A stretch of DNA of 32,000 nt from NCBI RefSeq assembly GCF_003231495.1, contig NZ_PQWO01000001.1, positions 480,001-512,000 of the forward strand, written 5' to 3'. Of the stretch, positions 1-7,240 are shown one piece after another. This DNA comes from Acaryochloris thomasi RCC1774 (lineage in GTDB: Bacteria; Cyanobacteriota; Cyanobacteriia; Thermosynechococcales; Thermosynechococcaceae). The notes below the pieces were generated by a model. That model was given only the letters and a program-made list of their open reading frames with translations, was not told the DNA's origin and did no database searches. A program made the translations under genes and the position numbers. Each line of letters begins with the position of its first letter. The stretch's first letter is position 1.

Positions 1-319
1 GTTCAGGCGCAATTTTTTTGCTTTTTTTTGCAGTAGAAGACGGAGATACAGTCACGGGATATATACCAAGGGTTCTCTTCTATTGAGGCATTAAAAATTA
101 GGCGTGAGCGTGATGTCGATCACAAGTCACAAGACTCAGCTTTGCTGCAGCCGGATAGGGTTGAGCTAAGAGATATTTCCCAAGGCAGGCATGGATCTTA
201 GCCGTTTTACGATTTTGACTCAATACGGATACTGCGATACCCCGAAGAGATTGGCAAAGATGAGTCTGCCGAGAATGTGAAATAATATATCCGAACTTCT
301 TTTGCCCTGCTTCTACGCT

Positions 320-646
320 ATGCCCAATACGTACACGGTAGAACTTCATCATGACGGTGAGGTGCATACGCTAGCTGTCCCAGAGGACCAAACGATTTTG
401 AGAGCGGCCTATGCTGCAGATGTTGACCTGCCTAGCTCTTGCTGCGCGGGGGTTTGTACAACCTGTGCGGCTTTGATCCTGGGCGATGGCAAGGTTGCCC
501 AAGATGATGCCATGGGTTTGGGACCCGAATTACTGGAAGATGGATATGCGCTGCTCTGTGTGGCGTATCCTCGGTCTGACCTAAAAGTTGAGACAGGTAA
601 GGAAGCTGAGGTTTACGAGCGCCAGTTCGGGCAAACGCAATCTTAG
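320..646 (+). CDS. Plant-type [2Fe-2S] ferredoxin (108 aa)
   Basis: Same frame as track ORF 302..646. The ATG at 320 gives MPNTYTVEL..., and the TTG at 302 is a less likely start. It has the cluster motif C-x4-C-x2-C (SSCCAGVCTTCA) plus a distal Cys in LLCVAYP. Size and N-terminus are typical of cyanobacterial PetF-like ferredoxins. Confidence 0.9.
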   Translation: MPNTYTVELHHDGEVHTLAVPEDQTILRAAYAADVDLPSSCCAGVCTTCAALILGDGKVAQDDAMGLGPELLEDGYALLCVAYPRSDLKVETGKEAEVYERQFGQTQS

Positions 647-698
647 CAATCTGTATCGGGTTCGCAGTAAAAGAATACTTATTGAGTTTGGAGGTCCA

Positions 699-863
699 AT
701 GACCACGCATTTTATTACGGCTGAAGTTGATCTGCAGGCCACTCAAGCGCTACCAGAAGCGATTGAAGCCCAACTCAAGGAGCAGGGAGAGCCTCTCCGA
801 TGGGCGGTCACGGCGGTCAAGGACGAGAAGGCCCAAGTTGAAGCGGTTGTTTTAGCTGATTGA
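699..863 (+). CDS. Small hypothetical protein (54 aa)
   Basis: The ATG at 699 is preceded by GGAGG at 688-692. Its stop TGA (861-863) overlaps the TTG start of the next gene. I do not recognise a family. The upstream in-frame extension to 588 overlaps the ferredoxin and is unlikely. Confidence 0.55.
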   Translation: MTTHFITAEVDLQATQALPEAIEAQLKEQGEPLRWAVTAVKDEKAQVEAVVLAD

Positions 864-1927
864 TTAGCCGACGGACTGAGCAACCGTTCACTGTTGCCCT
901 AGTCGTCCCAACGGGGATTGGGGCTGAGATTGGGGGCTATGCTGGGGATGCCCTACCGGTGGCGCGTGGGATTGCTTCGGTTTGCGATCGCATCATCACC
1001 CATCCCAATGTCATGAACGGGGCGCAGCTTTATTGGCCCATCGAAAACGCACTTTACGTCGAAGGCTATGGCCTCGATCAATATGCTGCGGGCAACTGGG
1101 GATTGAGACCTGTACGCAGCAACCGCGTGGGCCTAGTACTCGACCAAGGCATTGAACCTGACTTGCGTTTACGCCATCTTCAGGTTGCCGACGCCGCCCG
1201 CGCTACTCTAGGGCTACAGTTGACCGATGCAATTCTCACCGATGCGCCCCTCAACGTGACCCTGAAGACAGCGGCTTCGGGAGCAACCTGGGGAACCATT
1301 GAAAATCCGGATAGCCTACTGCGGGCGGTGGAGCGATCGATTAATGAACTGGGGGCAGATGCGATCGCCGTGGTCGCTCGCTTCCCCGACGACATTGAAG
1401 CCGAAGCACTCCAGAGCTATCGTCAGGGTCAAGGGGTTGACCCTCTTGCGGGTGCAGAAGCCGTCATTAGTCATTTAGTTGTGCGAACCTTTCAAATTCC
1501 CTGTGCCCATGCTCCAGCACTAGAGCCATTGCCTGTGGATCCACAGGTGAGTCCGCGTTCAGCAGCGGAGGAACTAGGCTATACGTTTCTGTCATCGGTT
1601 CTGGTGGGCCTGAGCCGTGCACCGCAGTTTGTTCAGCAGCGAGGAGCAGCGGACCTGTGGGCGGAAGGATTGGATGCGATCGTGGTACCTGAGACTGCTT
1701 GCGGAGGGAGTGCCATACTCAGCCTTAGTCAGAAACCGACTCGCATCATTGCCGTGAACAACCCGACTGCGTTGCAGGTCACGCCAGATGAATTGGGAAT
1801 TGAAGTGACCAAGGTGCGTTCATATTTAGAAGCGATGGGCGTTTTAGCTGCCCAGCGAGCAGGGCTAGATATCTCAGCCTTGACGCCTGCATTGGGTAAA
1901 GTTGCGTGCCTTACCTCGAATAATTAG
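860..1927 (+). CDS. Conserved hypothetical protein (355 aa), possibly DUF3326-like; function unknown
   Basis: Long ORF with host-like GC and an internal HIP1 site. It has a glycine-rich N-terminal motif, VVPTGIGAEIGGYAGDALP. The only in-frame start before the conserved region is the TTG at 860, which overlaps the stop of the 54-aa ORF. The DUF3326 assignment is from memory and not verified. Confidence 0.75.
   Translation: MISRRTEQPFTVALVVPTGIGAEIGGYAGDALPVARGIASVCDRIITHPNVMNGAQLYWPIENALYVEGYGLDQYAAGNWGLRPVRSNRVGLVLDQGIEPDLRLRHLQVADAARATLGLQLTDAILTDAPLNVTLKTAASGATWGTIENPDSLLRAVERSINELGADAIAVVARFPDDIEAEALQSYRQGQGVDPLAGAEAVISHLVVRTFQIPCAHAPALEPLPVDPQVSPRSAAEELGYTFLSSVLVGLSRAPQFVQQRGAADLWAEGLDAIVVPETACGGSAILSLSQKPTRIIAVNNPTALQVTPDELGIEVTKVRSYLEAMGVLAAQRAGLDISALTPALGKVACLTSNN
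984..991. repeat. HIP1 octamer GCGATCGC (one example of a dispersed cyanobacterial palindrome)
   Basis: I located perfect copies by eye starting at 984, 1361, 5449, 5695, 6146, 10919, 14332, 16276, 16529, 20830, 21546, 21785, 24700, 25384, 25649, 26748 and 31504. This density is characteristic of many cyanobacterial chromosomes. Confidence 0.9.
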
Positions 1928-2444
1928 GTACATAGCGGTATCTTGGCTATCTCCTCCTTTTGAGCTGTAAAACAACGAAATAGACAGCTCTGACGAGATA
2001 AAATCCCCATTAAAAGGCATAGGCGGCAATTTCCTGATATTTCCCAATTTTGATAATGTGTTGCTGTCGGCCTCAACGGATGACGAACTCGAGTTCGTAT
2101 GAGTGCTTAATGCAAGGTGATTTCAGCTCAGAGTCACTTGTCCCAAGGAGACTGCCGCATATATGCAACATTCATACTGAACGCTGTCTTGAAGCATCTT
2201 TAAACTGCTTTAGAAACCAGTGATGAATCTCTTCGATTCTGACAACTAGTGGATTCCAGAATTCAATCTATAGACTTTTTGGTAAGTTCTAATTGGCTAG
2301 TCACAAAAGTCAAGATCTGCTGACACTAATCGAGGTCTATTAGTATAAATAAACACTTATTCCTCTATGTCCCACTGATATAAAGTGCAAAGGACTTAAG
2401 AAAGAAATGGTGATTCTCTGTTTGTTTTGCAGAGCTTTTAATCA

Positions 2445-2472
2445 TTGAACTTGAGCAAAATAAAAATAGAAT
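2445..2472 (+). promoter_or_regulatory. Sigma70-type promoter for the riboswitch leader
   Basis: -35 TTGAAC (2445-2450), a 16-nt spacer, then -10 TAGAAT (2467-2472). The predicted start near 2479-2480 coincides with the first conserved aptamer nucleotides. Confidence 0.5.
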
Positions 2473-2479
2473 TTTGTGT

Positions 2480-2590
2480 CTAGGGTTCCAGCTTAATCTG
2501 TGGATTGAGTGTTTGGTCCAAGAGATACAGCCAGCAGGGCCTATATATTGCCTAGTCTGGTTCACGGAGGGATAAAAGCCCGGGAGAAGC
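2480..2590 (+). promoter_or_regulatory. ykkC-yxkD family riboswitch aptamer (guanidine-I-like)
   Basis: The conserved blocks occur in the right order: CTAGGGTTCC (2480-2489), GGTCCAAGAG (2515-2524; consensus GGUCCGAGAG) and ACGGAGGGATAAAAGCCCGGGAGA (2564-2587). Hairpin-forming segments lie between them. It sits about 90 nt upstream of a transporter gene. Confidence 0.85.
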
Positions 2591-2637
2591 CTGTTGACCT
2601 TTCATTGAGGTCGCCGGTTTTTTCCGGGCTTTGTTGT
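2578..2637 (+). terminator. Riboswitch expression platform: intrinsic terminator overlapping the aptamer 3' end
   Basis: Long imperfect hairpin. The outer stem is GCCCGG (2578-2583) with CCGGGC (2624-2629), and the inner stem is GACCT (2596-2600) with AGGTC (2608-2612). It is followed by TTTGTTGT (2630-2637). The 5' arm is the conserved GCCCGGGAGA of the aptamer, so the aptamer and terminator folds exclude each other (ON-switch logic). Confidence 0.65.
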
Positions 2638-2676
2638 AGCTATCAGTATGAATTTTCAATATTTGGAGACAAGTAA

Positions 2677-4176
2677 ATGGAACATACAGTTTTTTCCTGG
2701 GGAATTGTTACTTTTCTTTTGGGAACATTAGGCATCGGAGTTTGGGCTTCTAAGCAAATTAAAGGCGATAGCGTCAATTTTTTAGTGGCTGGCCGAGGAC
2801 TAGCTTTGCCATTGGCTGCTGCTACGCTAATGGCCCAGTCGATTGACTCCAACGCTACCTTGGGGAATACAGACTTATCTGCAGAATTTGGTTTTTGGGC
2901 GGGAGCTGCATTACCGATTGGATTATCTTTGTGCTTATTTTTAACGGCAACTTTTTTAGCTAAGCCCATGAATCGCATGGGGCTAATTACTATCCCCGAT
3001 TTTTATCGGGTTAAGTACGGTCGTACCGTCGAGCTGATCGCGGCCTGCATTATGTCGGTCAGCTTTTCGTTCCTGCTGGCGGGGAACCTCGTTGCGGGGG
3101 GCTTTATGTTCCAGACGTTTTTAGGGATGAGCTACGTCGGTGGCATTACGTTGCTGGCGACCCTGGTGTTTGCTTACACTGTGTCGGGTGGTCTCTTTGC
3201 AGTGGCTTATACCGATGCGATCCAAATTTTGATTGCTCTAGTCGGTACCTTGGGTTTGCTCGTTTACGTACTGGTTAATTTTGGCCTAGACATTGCGCCT
3301 GGCACTGGTCCTCTAGCTTTCGAGCAGTTGACGCTAGTCAGTTCAGGCGCTGCGGTTAATTGGGCCAGCCTGCTGGCATTGGGATTTGGCAATATGGTCG
3401 CGATTGACTTCATGGCTCGAATTTTTGCAGCAGAAAGCCCAGAAACTGCACAAAAAGCCTGTTATGTAGCCTCTGCTGGCACCTTAATTGTGGGGATTCC
3501 CTTTTCGATCATTGCTCTGTCTGCAAACAGCATCCTCGAACAGGCCGGTGTAGTCGCCGAGGGGCCAGTCCTGTTTGCCCTACTGCAAAACGTTGTGCCG
3601 CCTGTACTGGGCCTATTAGTATTGGCAGCTATTTTGTCGGCCTCTCTCTCCACAGCCGATGGAGCTATTTTAGGGACTTCTTCGGTATTGGCTCATAATG
3701 TCTTCGGTATTCGTCATGGAGCGACTCACGGAGGAGGGGGGGATCGGTTGCTCATTGTGACTCGCTTGGTAGCTATCGTGATCACCTTGCTGGGAGTATT
3801 TTTAGGTCTGCGGGTCCCTCAGACGGGCGTACTGCTGCTGCTGGGGTTTGACCTAGGCTTTGCGGGGCTGGTCGTCCCACTTCTGGGTGGGCTGTTCTGG
3901 GAGCGATCTACCCGCCAAGGAGCGTTGGCCTGCATCATTGCTGGGTCAATTACCCGGCTGACTCTGTTTGCGCTAGTGCCGACTATGTTTGGGATTGATA
4001 ATACGCTATTTCATATCCCCAATGCTCTCTTTACTACTGATTTCGACGGTTTTCCCACCCTAATCAGCCCAATTGTGGGTTTAGTTGCTTTTGTTGTCGT
4101 ATCTAGACAAACCTACAAGCCACTGACAGTTGAACAGCCGCAGGCAAAACTCCGAGAGAAAGCACGTGCTCTGTAG
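2677..4176 (+). CDS. Sodium:solute symporter (SSS/SSF) family transporter (499 aa)
   Basis: ATG at 2677 with GGAG at 2664-2667. The protein is polytopic. Its N-terminus, ...GIGVWASKQIKGDSVNFLVAGRGLALPLAAATLMAQSIDSNATLG..., is typical of SSS-family permeases, and about 13 hydrophobic segments are visible. Confidence 0.9.
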   Translation: MEHTVFSWGIVTFLLGTLGIGVWASKQIKGDSVNFLVAGRGLALPLAAATLMAQSIDSNATLGNTDLSAEFGFWAGAALPIGLSLCLFLTATFLAKPMNRMGLITIPDFYRVKYGRTVELIAACIMSVSFSFLLAGNLVAGGFMFQTFLGMSYVGGITLLATLVFAYTVSGGLFAVAYTDAIQILIALVGTLGLLVYVLVNFGLDIAPGTGPLAFEQLTLVSSGAAVNWASLLALGFGNMVAIDFMARIFAAESPETAQKACYVASAGTLIVGIPFSIIALSANSILEQAGVVAEGPVLFALLQNVVPPVLGLLVLAAILSASLSTADGAILGTSSVLAHNVFGIRHGATHGGGGDRLLIVTRLVAIVITLLGVFLGLRVPQTGVLLLLGFDLGFAGLVVPLLGGLFWERSTRQGALACIIAGSITRLTLFALVPTMFGIDNTLFHIPNALFTTDFDGFPTLISPIVGLVAFVVVSRQTYKPLTVEQPQAKLREKARAL

Positions 4177-4229
4177 ATCAGGTTGTTAAGACGAGCCATC
4201 TGAAAGGAAAATACTTCAAGACGAAACGA

Positions 4230-4263
4230 TGACTGATAACCCTTCTTGAGGGGTTATCAGTCA
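4230..4263. terminator. Perfect 13-bp stem hairpin between convergent genes
   Basis: TGACTGATAACCC (4230-4242), an 8-nt loop, then GGGTTATCAGTCA (4251-4263). It overlaps the stop codon of the minus-strand gene. There is no clear U-tract, so terminator function is inferred only. Confidence 0.4.
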
Positions 4264-4973
4264 TGACACAACATATCTGAAAGCTTTGGACTGGCCTCAA
4301 CTTCTTGTGTGATCACAACATTCCCCCCTGCTCCCCAAAGCAAGTTTTTCTCTGCCGTACTGCTTGGATACCACATGTTTAGATTTGAGACACCGAAGCA
4401 ATCGAGCTGCTGAGGGGAAGGGAGATAGGCGGGACGATTGAAAGCCACGGTAATCGTAGAGGAACGCTGCACAAGCTCAATATCAACGCCGAGGTTTTTG
4501 AAGAAAATGCTTTCTTGCTGGGCAAATGCAGCTAAGGAGTCGAGAAAGGCTTGATCAAACTGGCGGCGGTCATAGTAAAGCAGTGATGAGGACGGATTGC
4601 CATGAAAACCGACCCAAGAGCCTTTAGTAACGGTTTTATGAGCTGCTGCTACAAACCAATAGTTTGCGCACGATGAGCCACATCTGCCATCGACAATAAT
4701 ATTGAGCCGGCGTCTGTGAATCTCTTGACCGACCTGGAGAGCCGTGTCAGTGTCTCCCCCCCCCGACTGGACAACAACCGTTGTGATCTCAGGGGTGACG
4801 ATTTGCTTGAAGCTGGCTGCTGTTCGCTTATCTATTTGGCCGACAAACCGGAGGGTCTGCTCATTTACTTTCGTCCATCGACCGGGTGGCTCATTGCTCG
4901 CTGCTGGGCGGTGTGCATTTAAGGCACTGATCAACGTCAAAGATAGGATGACCTTTAGCTTGAACATTCTCAT
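4257..4973 (-). CDS. Exported hypothetical protein with ClpP/crotonase-like periplasmic domain (COG3904-like)
   Basis: The ATG at 4973 yields a signal-peptide-like N-terminus, MRMFKLKVILSLTLISALNA; the track start at 5009 is TTG. The motif pattern is SGGGDTDTALQVGQEI...RCGSSCANYWF...VGFHG. The family name is from memory. Confidence 0.65.
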   Translation of the reverse strand: MRMFKLKVILSLTLISALNAHRPAASNEPPGRWTKVNEQTLRFVGQIDKRTAASFKQIVTPEITTVVVQSGGGDTDTALQVGQEIHRRRLNIIVDGRCGSSCANYWFVAAAHKTVTKGSWVGFHGNPSSSLLYYDRRQFDQAFLDSLAAFAQQESIFFKNLGVDIELVQRSSTITVAFNRPAYLPSPQQLDCFGVSNLNMWYPSSTAEKNLLWGAGGNVVITQEVEASPKLSDMLCHD

Positions 4974-5109
4974 AGGGGCTGGAGAGATATAACCGGTTGG
5001 AGCTGACAACTCTTCAATCTTATGGGCATTGAGACAAAAGTTCTGATATCTAATACCAAATATGTATGACCTACATTGGAAGGGTCTCTATTGAGAGAGT
5101 ATTGTTCTG

Positions 5110-5332
5110 ATGGCCGGCGTATTGAAAATTGAGATTACCGAAAGCGAAGACACCCTCAAGTCGCTTCTTCATCAACAAGCATCAGCCCGTCACCAAGAAC
5201 AGACTCATGCACTCTACTGGCTCAAAAGTGGTCAAGTCACAACACGCTATCAATAGACTCTCCAGGGAGACTATTACCTCGCTGGCGGGATATTCCTACA
5301 TCTTGGATGCCTTAGCCATGCGGGTCATCTGA
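5110..5332 (+). pseudogene. IS630-family transposase N-terminal (HTH) remnant, frameshifted and truncated
   Basis: Frame 1 from the ATG at 5110 reads MAGVLKIEITESEDTLKSLLHQQASARHQEQTHALYWLKSGQVTTRYQ* with the stop at 5254-5256. This matches the characteristic start of cyanobacterial IS630-type transposases. The HTH continues in another frame (...SRETITSLAGYSYILDALA..., track ORF 5129..5332). No DDE catalytic region follows. Confidence 0.55.
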
Positions 5333-5885
5333 TAGGGAAATTGGTATCACAGATCCCTGAAACGAATTTATATTCAGCAGAAGTAGAACCCAAGATGAAT
5401 GCAAAGCCTGTGTAGCTCTTCAACACAGATCGTACGGGAGTTGCTGTTGCGATCGCACTTTTTGAATTTGTTTGAGGGACAACTTGATGAGTAAAGTATT
5501 GACCACTGGGCCGAGCATCCAGGGTCTCGAGTTCTTGAGCAAAAATACTGTTTTCTAAGTGAAAGGCTTGCTGTGCCCGATTCAAGGTGCCCAAATTTGA
5601 TTTAGCTTCAGATTCTTTTTCTGTATTGACTTCATTTCTAGCAGCATCAGCTTCATCCCTAGCAATATCAATCTGATTGAGGGAAAAAGGAAGTGCGATC
5701 GCAAGTAAAATCATCGCAAAGGAACCACCCAAAGTGAGACAAACACACCCGCCTAAAATCCAGACAAGGACTGGAAAATTACCTTTCTTTTGTGGCGTTG
5801 GGGCATTGAGTCCGGCATTTGAGTCATCACACATTCTCGATTTAGACGGGCATAAACATTCCTCAATCTGCATCGAATAATGCAC
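5325..5885 (-). CDS. Type IV pilin-like G/H (Pilin_GH) domain protein with non-canonical N-terminus
   Basis: The C-terminal part, EAKSNLGTLNRAQQAFHLENSIFAQELETLD...ATATP...LKSYTG, matches the cyanobacterial pilin-like G/H family pattern. A pilin-helix remnant, ILLAIALPFSLNQ, is present. No G/FTLIE prepilin cleavage motif is present. The start is uncertain: M1 at 5885, or the internal M5 or M18. Confidence 0.65.
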   Translation of the reverse strand: MHYSMQIEECLCPSKSRMCDDSNAGLNAPTPQKKGNFPVLVWILGGCVCLTLGGSFAMILLAIALPFSLNQIDIARDEADAARNEVNTEKESEAKSNLGTLNRAQQAFHLENSIFAQELETLDARPSGQYFTHQVVPQTNSKSAIATATPVRSVLKSYTGFAFILGSTSAEYKFVSGICDTNFPIR

Positions 5886-5902
5886 CAGACTTCGATTCTA
5901 AT

Positions 5903-7240
5903 TTAAAGCGTAAAGGTAAAATCTTGTACCAGCATTCCAGGCACTTTTGCACCACCTAACGATCGCGCCTCATAGGTATCCACCTCAGGAACTAGCTCTT
6001 GAAAGTCGGTAATCGCCTCTAGATTTTCGCCCCAAAAAGAATAGAGACTCTCATCAAATCGCAAGTCTTTAATCGGCTGCTTAATTTCGCCTTTTTCTAC
6101 CCAGAAGCAGGCAAAGCGGGTCATGCCTGTGATGCGACCACCGTTGCGATCGCTCCAGTTCAGATAATGTAAATTCGACAGATACAGCCCCGTATCTAAC
6201 TGCGTCACAATATCTTCCGAAGCCAGCTTCCCTGGCAGCATCTCTGCCGATCTCATTCCCTCGGAACCCGCAGCCGCATTACTTGATACCCCATATTCCT
6301 TCGCCGTCCGGGAACTCACTAGCGTATTTGTAAGCTGGCCTGCCGTCACAATCGGTACATCCTCCGGTGCAACTTCTCCCAGATCATTGAAGCGAGGCAC
6401 CGTACCCAAATGGAAGTTCTCTCTCAAAGATAGTTTTGATGAGAGTGACTTTCCTTCTCGCAGCTTCGCTAGAGCACTCCCGCCTTGGCGCATGGAAGCC
6501 TCACTGACAGCCCCCCAAGACAGCATTGAAATCATCTCTGCCACAGCCTCAGGTGCAAAGTAAGTCCGATATTTACCCGGCGGCACCGTTTTGACTGGCC
6601 GTTCCATAACGACGAGCTGCTTTTTCGATTGGGCAATGTGTTCTTTGTACTGCTTTTGCTGCCAGTTCGCACCTGCATAGATAGATTTCACCGCTTTCTC
6701 AGTCGGTGTAATCATCGAGTAGTCCAGCACAAAGGTTTCTGTCGCAAACCAATGCTTTTGTCCCGCAGAATTGCGGTTTGCTCGCACCACCGGTCCCGAT
6801 GTATATAGCCCCGTAAAATCAACATTCCCCATATTCTCTAGAATGGCAGTGGCCGCTTGCTCAGGCGGTAAAAGCTGCCCTGCATACACCTCATGACTAG
6901 AGCCTTGATTCTGAGGCAAAATCACATAGGGATCTTCGGGCAACTGAGGAATAATCTCACGCAGATAGCTCAGATTGTCTAGACCGGCAGCACTATCAAT
7001 TGCCAAATCGCCTGTAAACGGGAATGAGGCATAGGCCGTCCGCTGTTCAGTAATCAACCGCAGTTTTACGGTAGCGTCAGTAACAATACCTGACTGGCGC
7101 ACCTGAGCCTTGTTGAAGCGCATGAAGTGACTCTGCTCGCCACCCATTTCAATCACGAGCTGCTCATCGCTTATGAGATTCTCAAGCAAAATATCGCCCA
7201 GTTGATTAAAGGTCGATTCCCACGTTTCTAGCAAATTCAC
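5903..7240 (-). CDS. pmbA: TldE/PmbA-family metalloprotease subunit (445 aa)
   Basis: Family-typical length and C-terminal glycine-rich core. The GTG start at 7240 overlaps the tldD stop (GTGA), giving the classic tldD-pmbA pairing. Confidence 0.88.
   Translation of the reverse strand: MNLLETWESTFNQLGDILLENLISDEQLVIEMGGEQSHFMRFNKAQVRQSGIVTDATVKLRLITEQRTAYASFPFTGDLAIDSAAGLDNLSYLREIIPQLPEDPYVILPQNQGSSHEVYAGQLLPPEQAATAILENMGNVDFTGLYTSGPVVRANRNSAGQKHWFATETFVLDYSMITPTEKAVKSIYAGANWQQKQYKEHIAQSKKQLVVMERPVKTVPPGKYRTYFAPEAVAEMISMLSWGAVSEASMRQGGSALAKLREGKSLSSKLSLRENFHLGTVPRFNDLGEVAPEDVPIVTAGQLTNTLVSSRTAKEYGVSSNAAAGSEGMRSAEMLPGKLASEDIVTQLDTGLYLSNLHYLNWSDRNGGRITGMTRFACFWVEKGEIKQPIKDLRFDESLYSFWGENLEAITDFQELVPEVDTYEARSLGGAKVPGMLVQDFTFTL

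Noticed and set aside
1-55. Possible N-terminus of a minus-strand gene leaving the window (GTG at 55-53, reading MTVSPSSTAKKSKKIAPE...).
   Set aside because: Only about 18 low-complexity codons are visible. That is too little to distinguish a real start from chance.
98-746. Minus-strand ORFs 98..367 and 432..746, and the 588-698 upstream extension of the small plus-strand ORF.
   Set aside because: All of them overlap the well-supported ferredoxin CDS in other frames. The SD-supported ATG at 699 explains the small ORF.
2365-2978. Minus-strand ORFs 2365..2565 and 2643..2978.
   Set aside because: They lie antisense to the ykkC aptamer and to the start of the symporter gene, have no recognisable motifs and have odd composition. 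They are explained by the plus-strand features.
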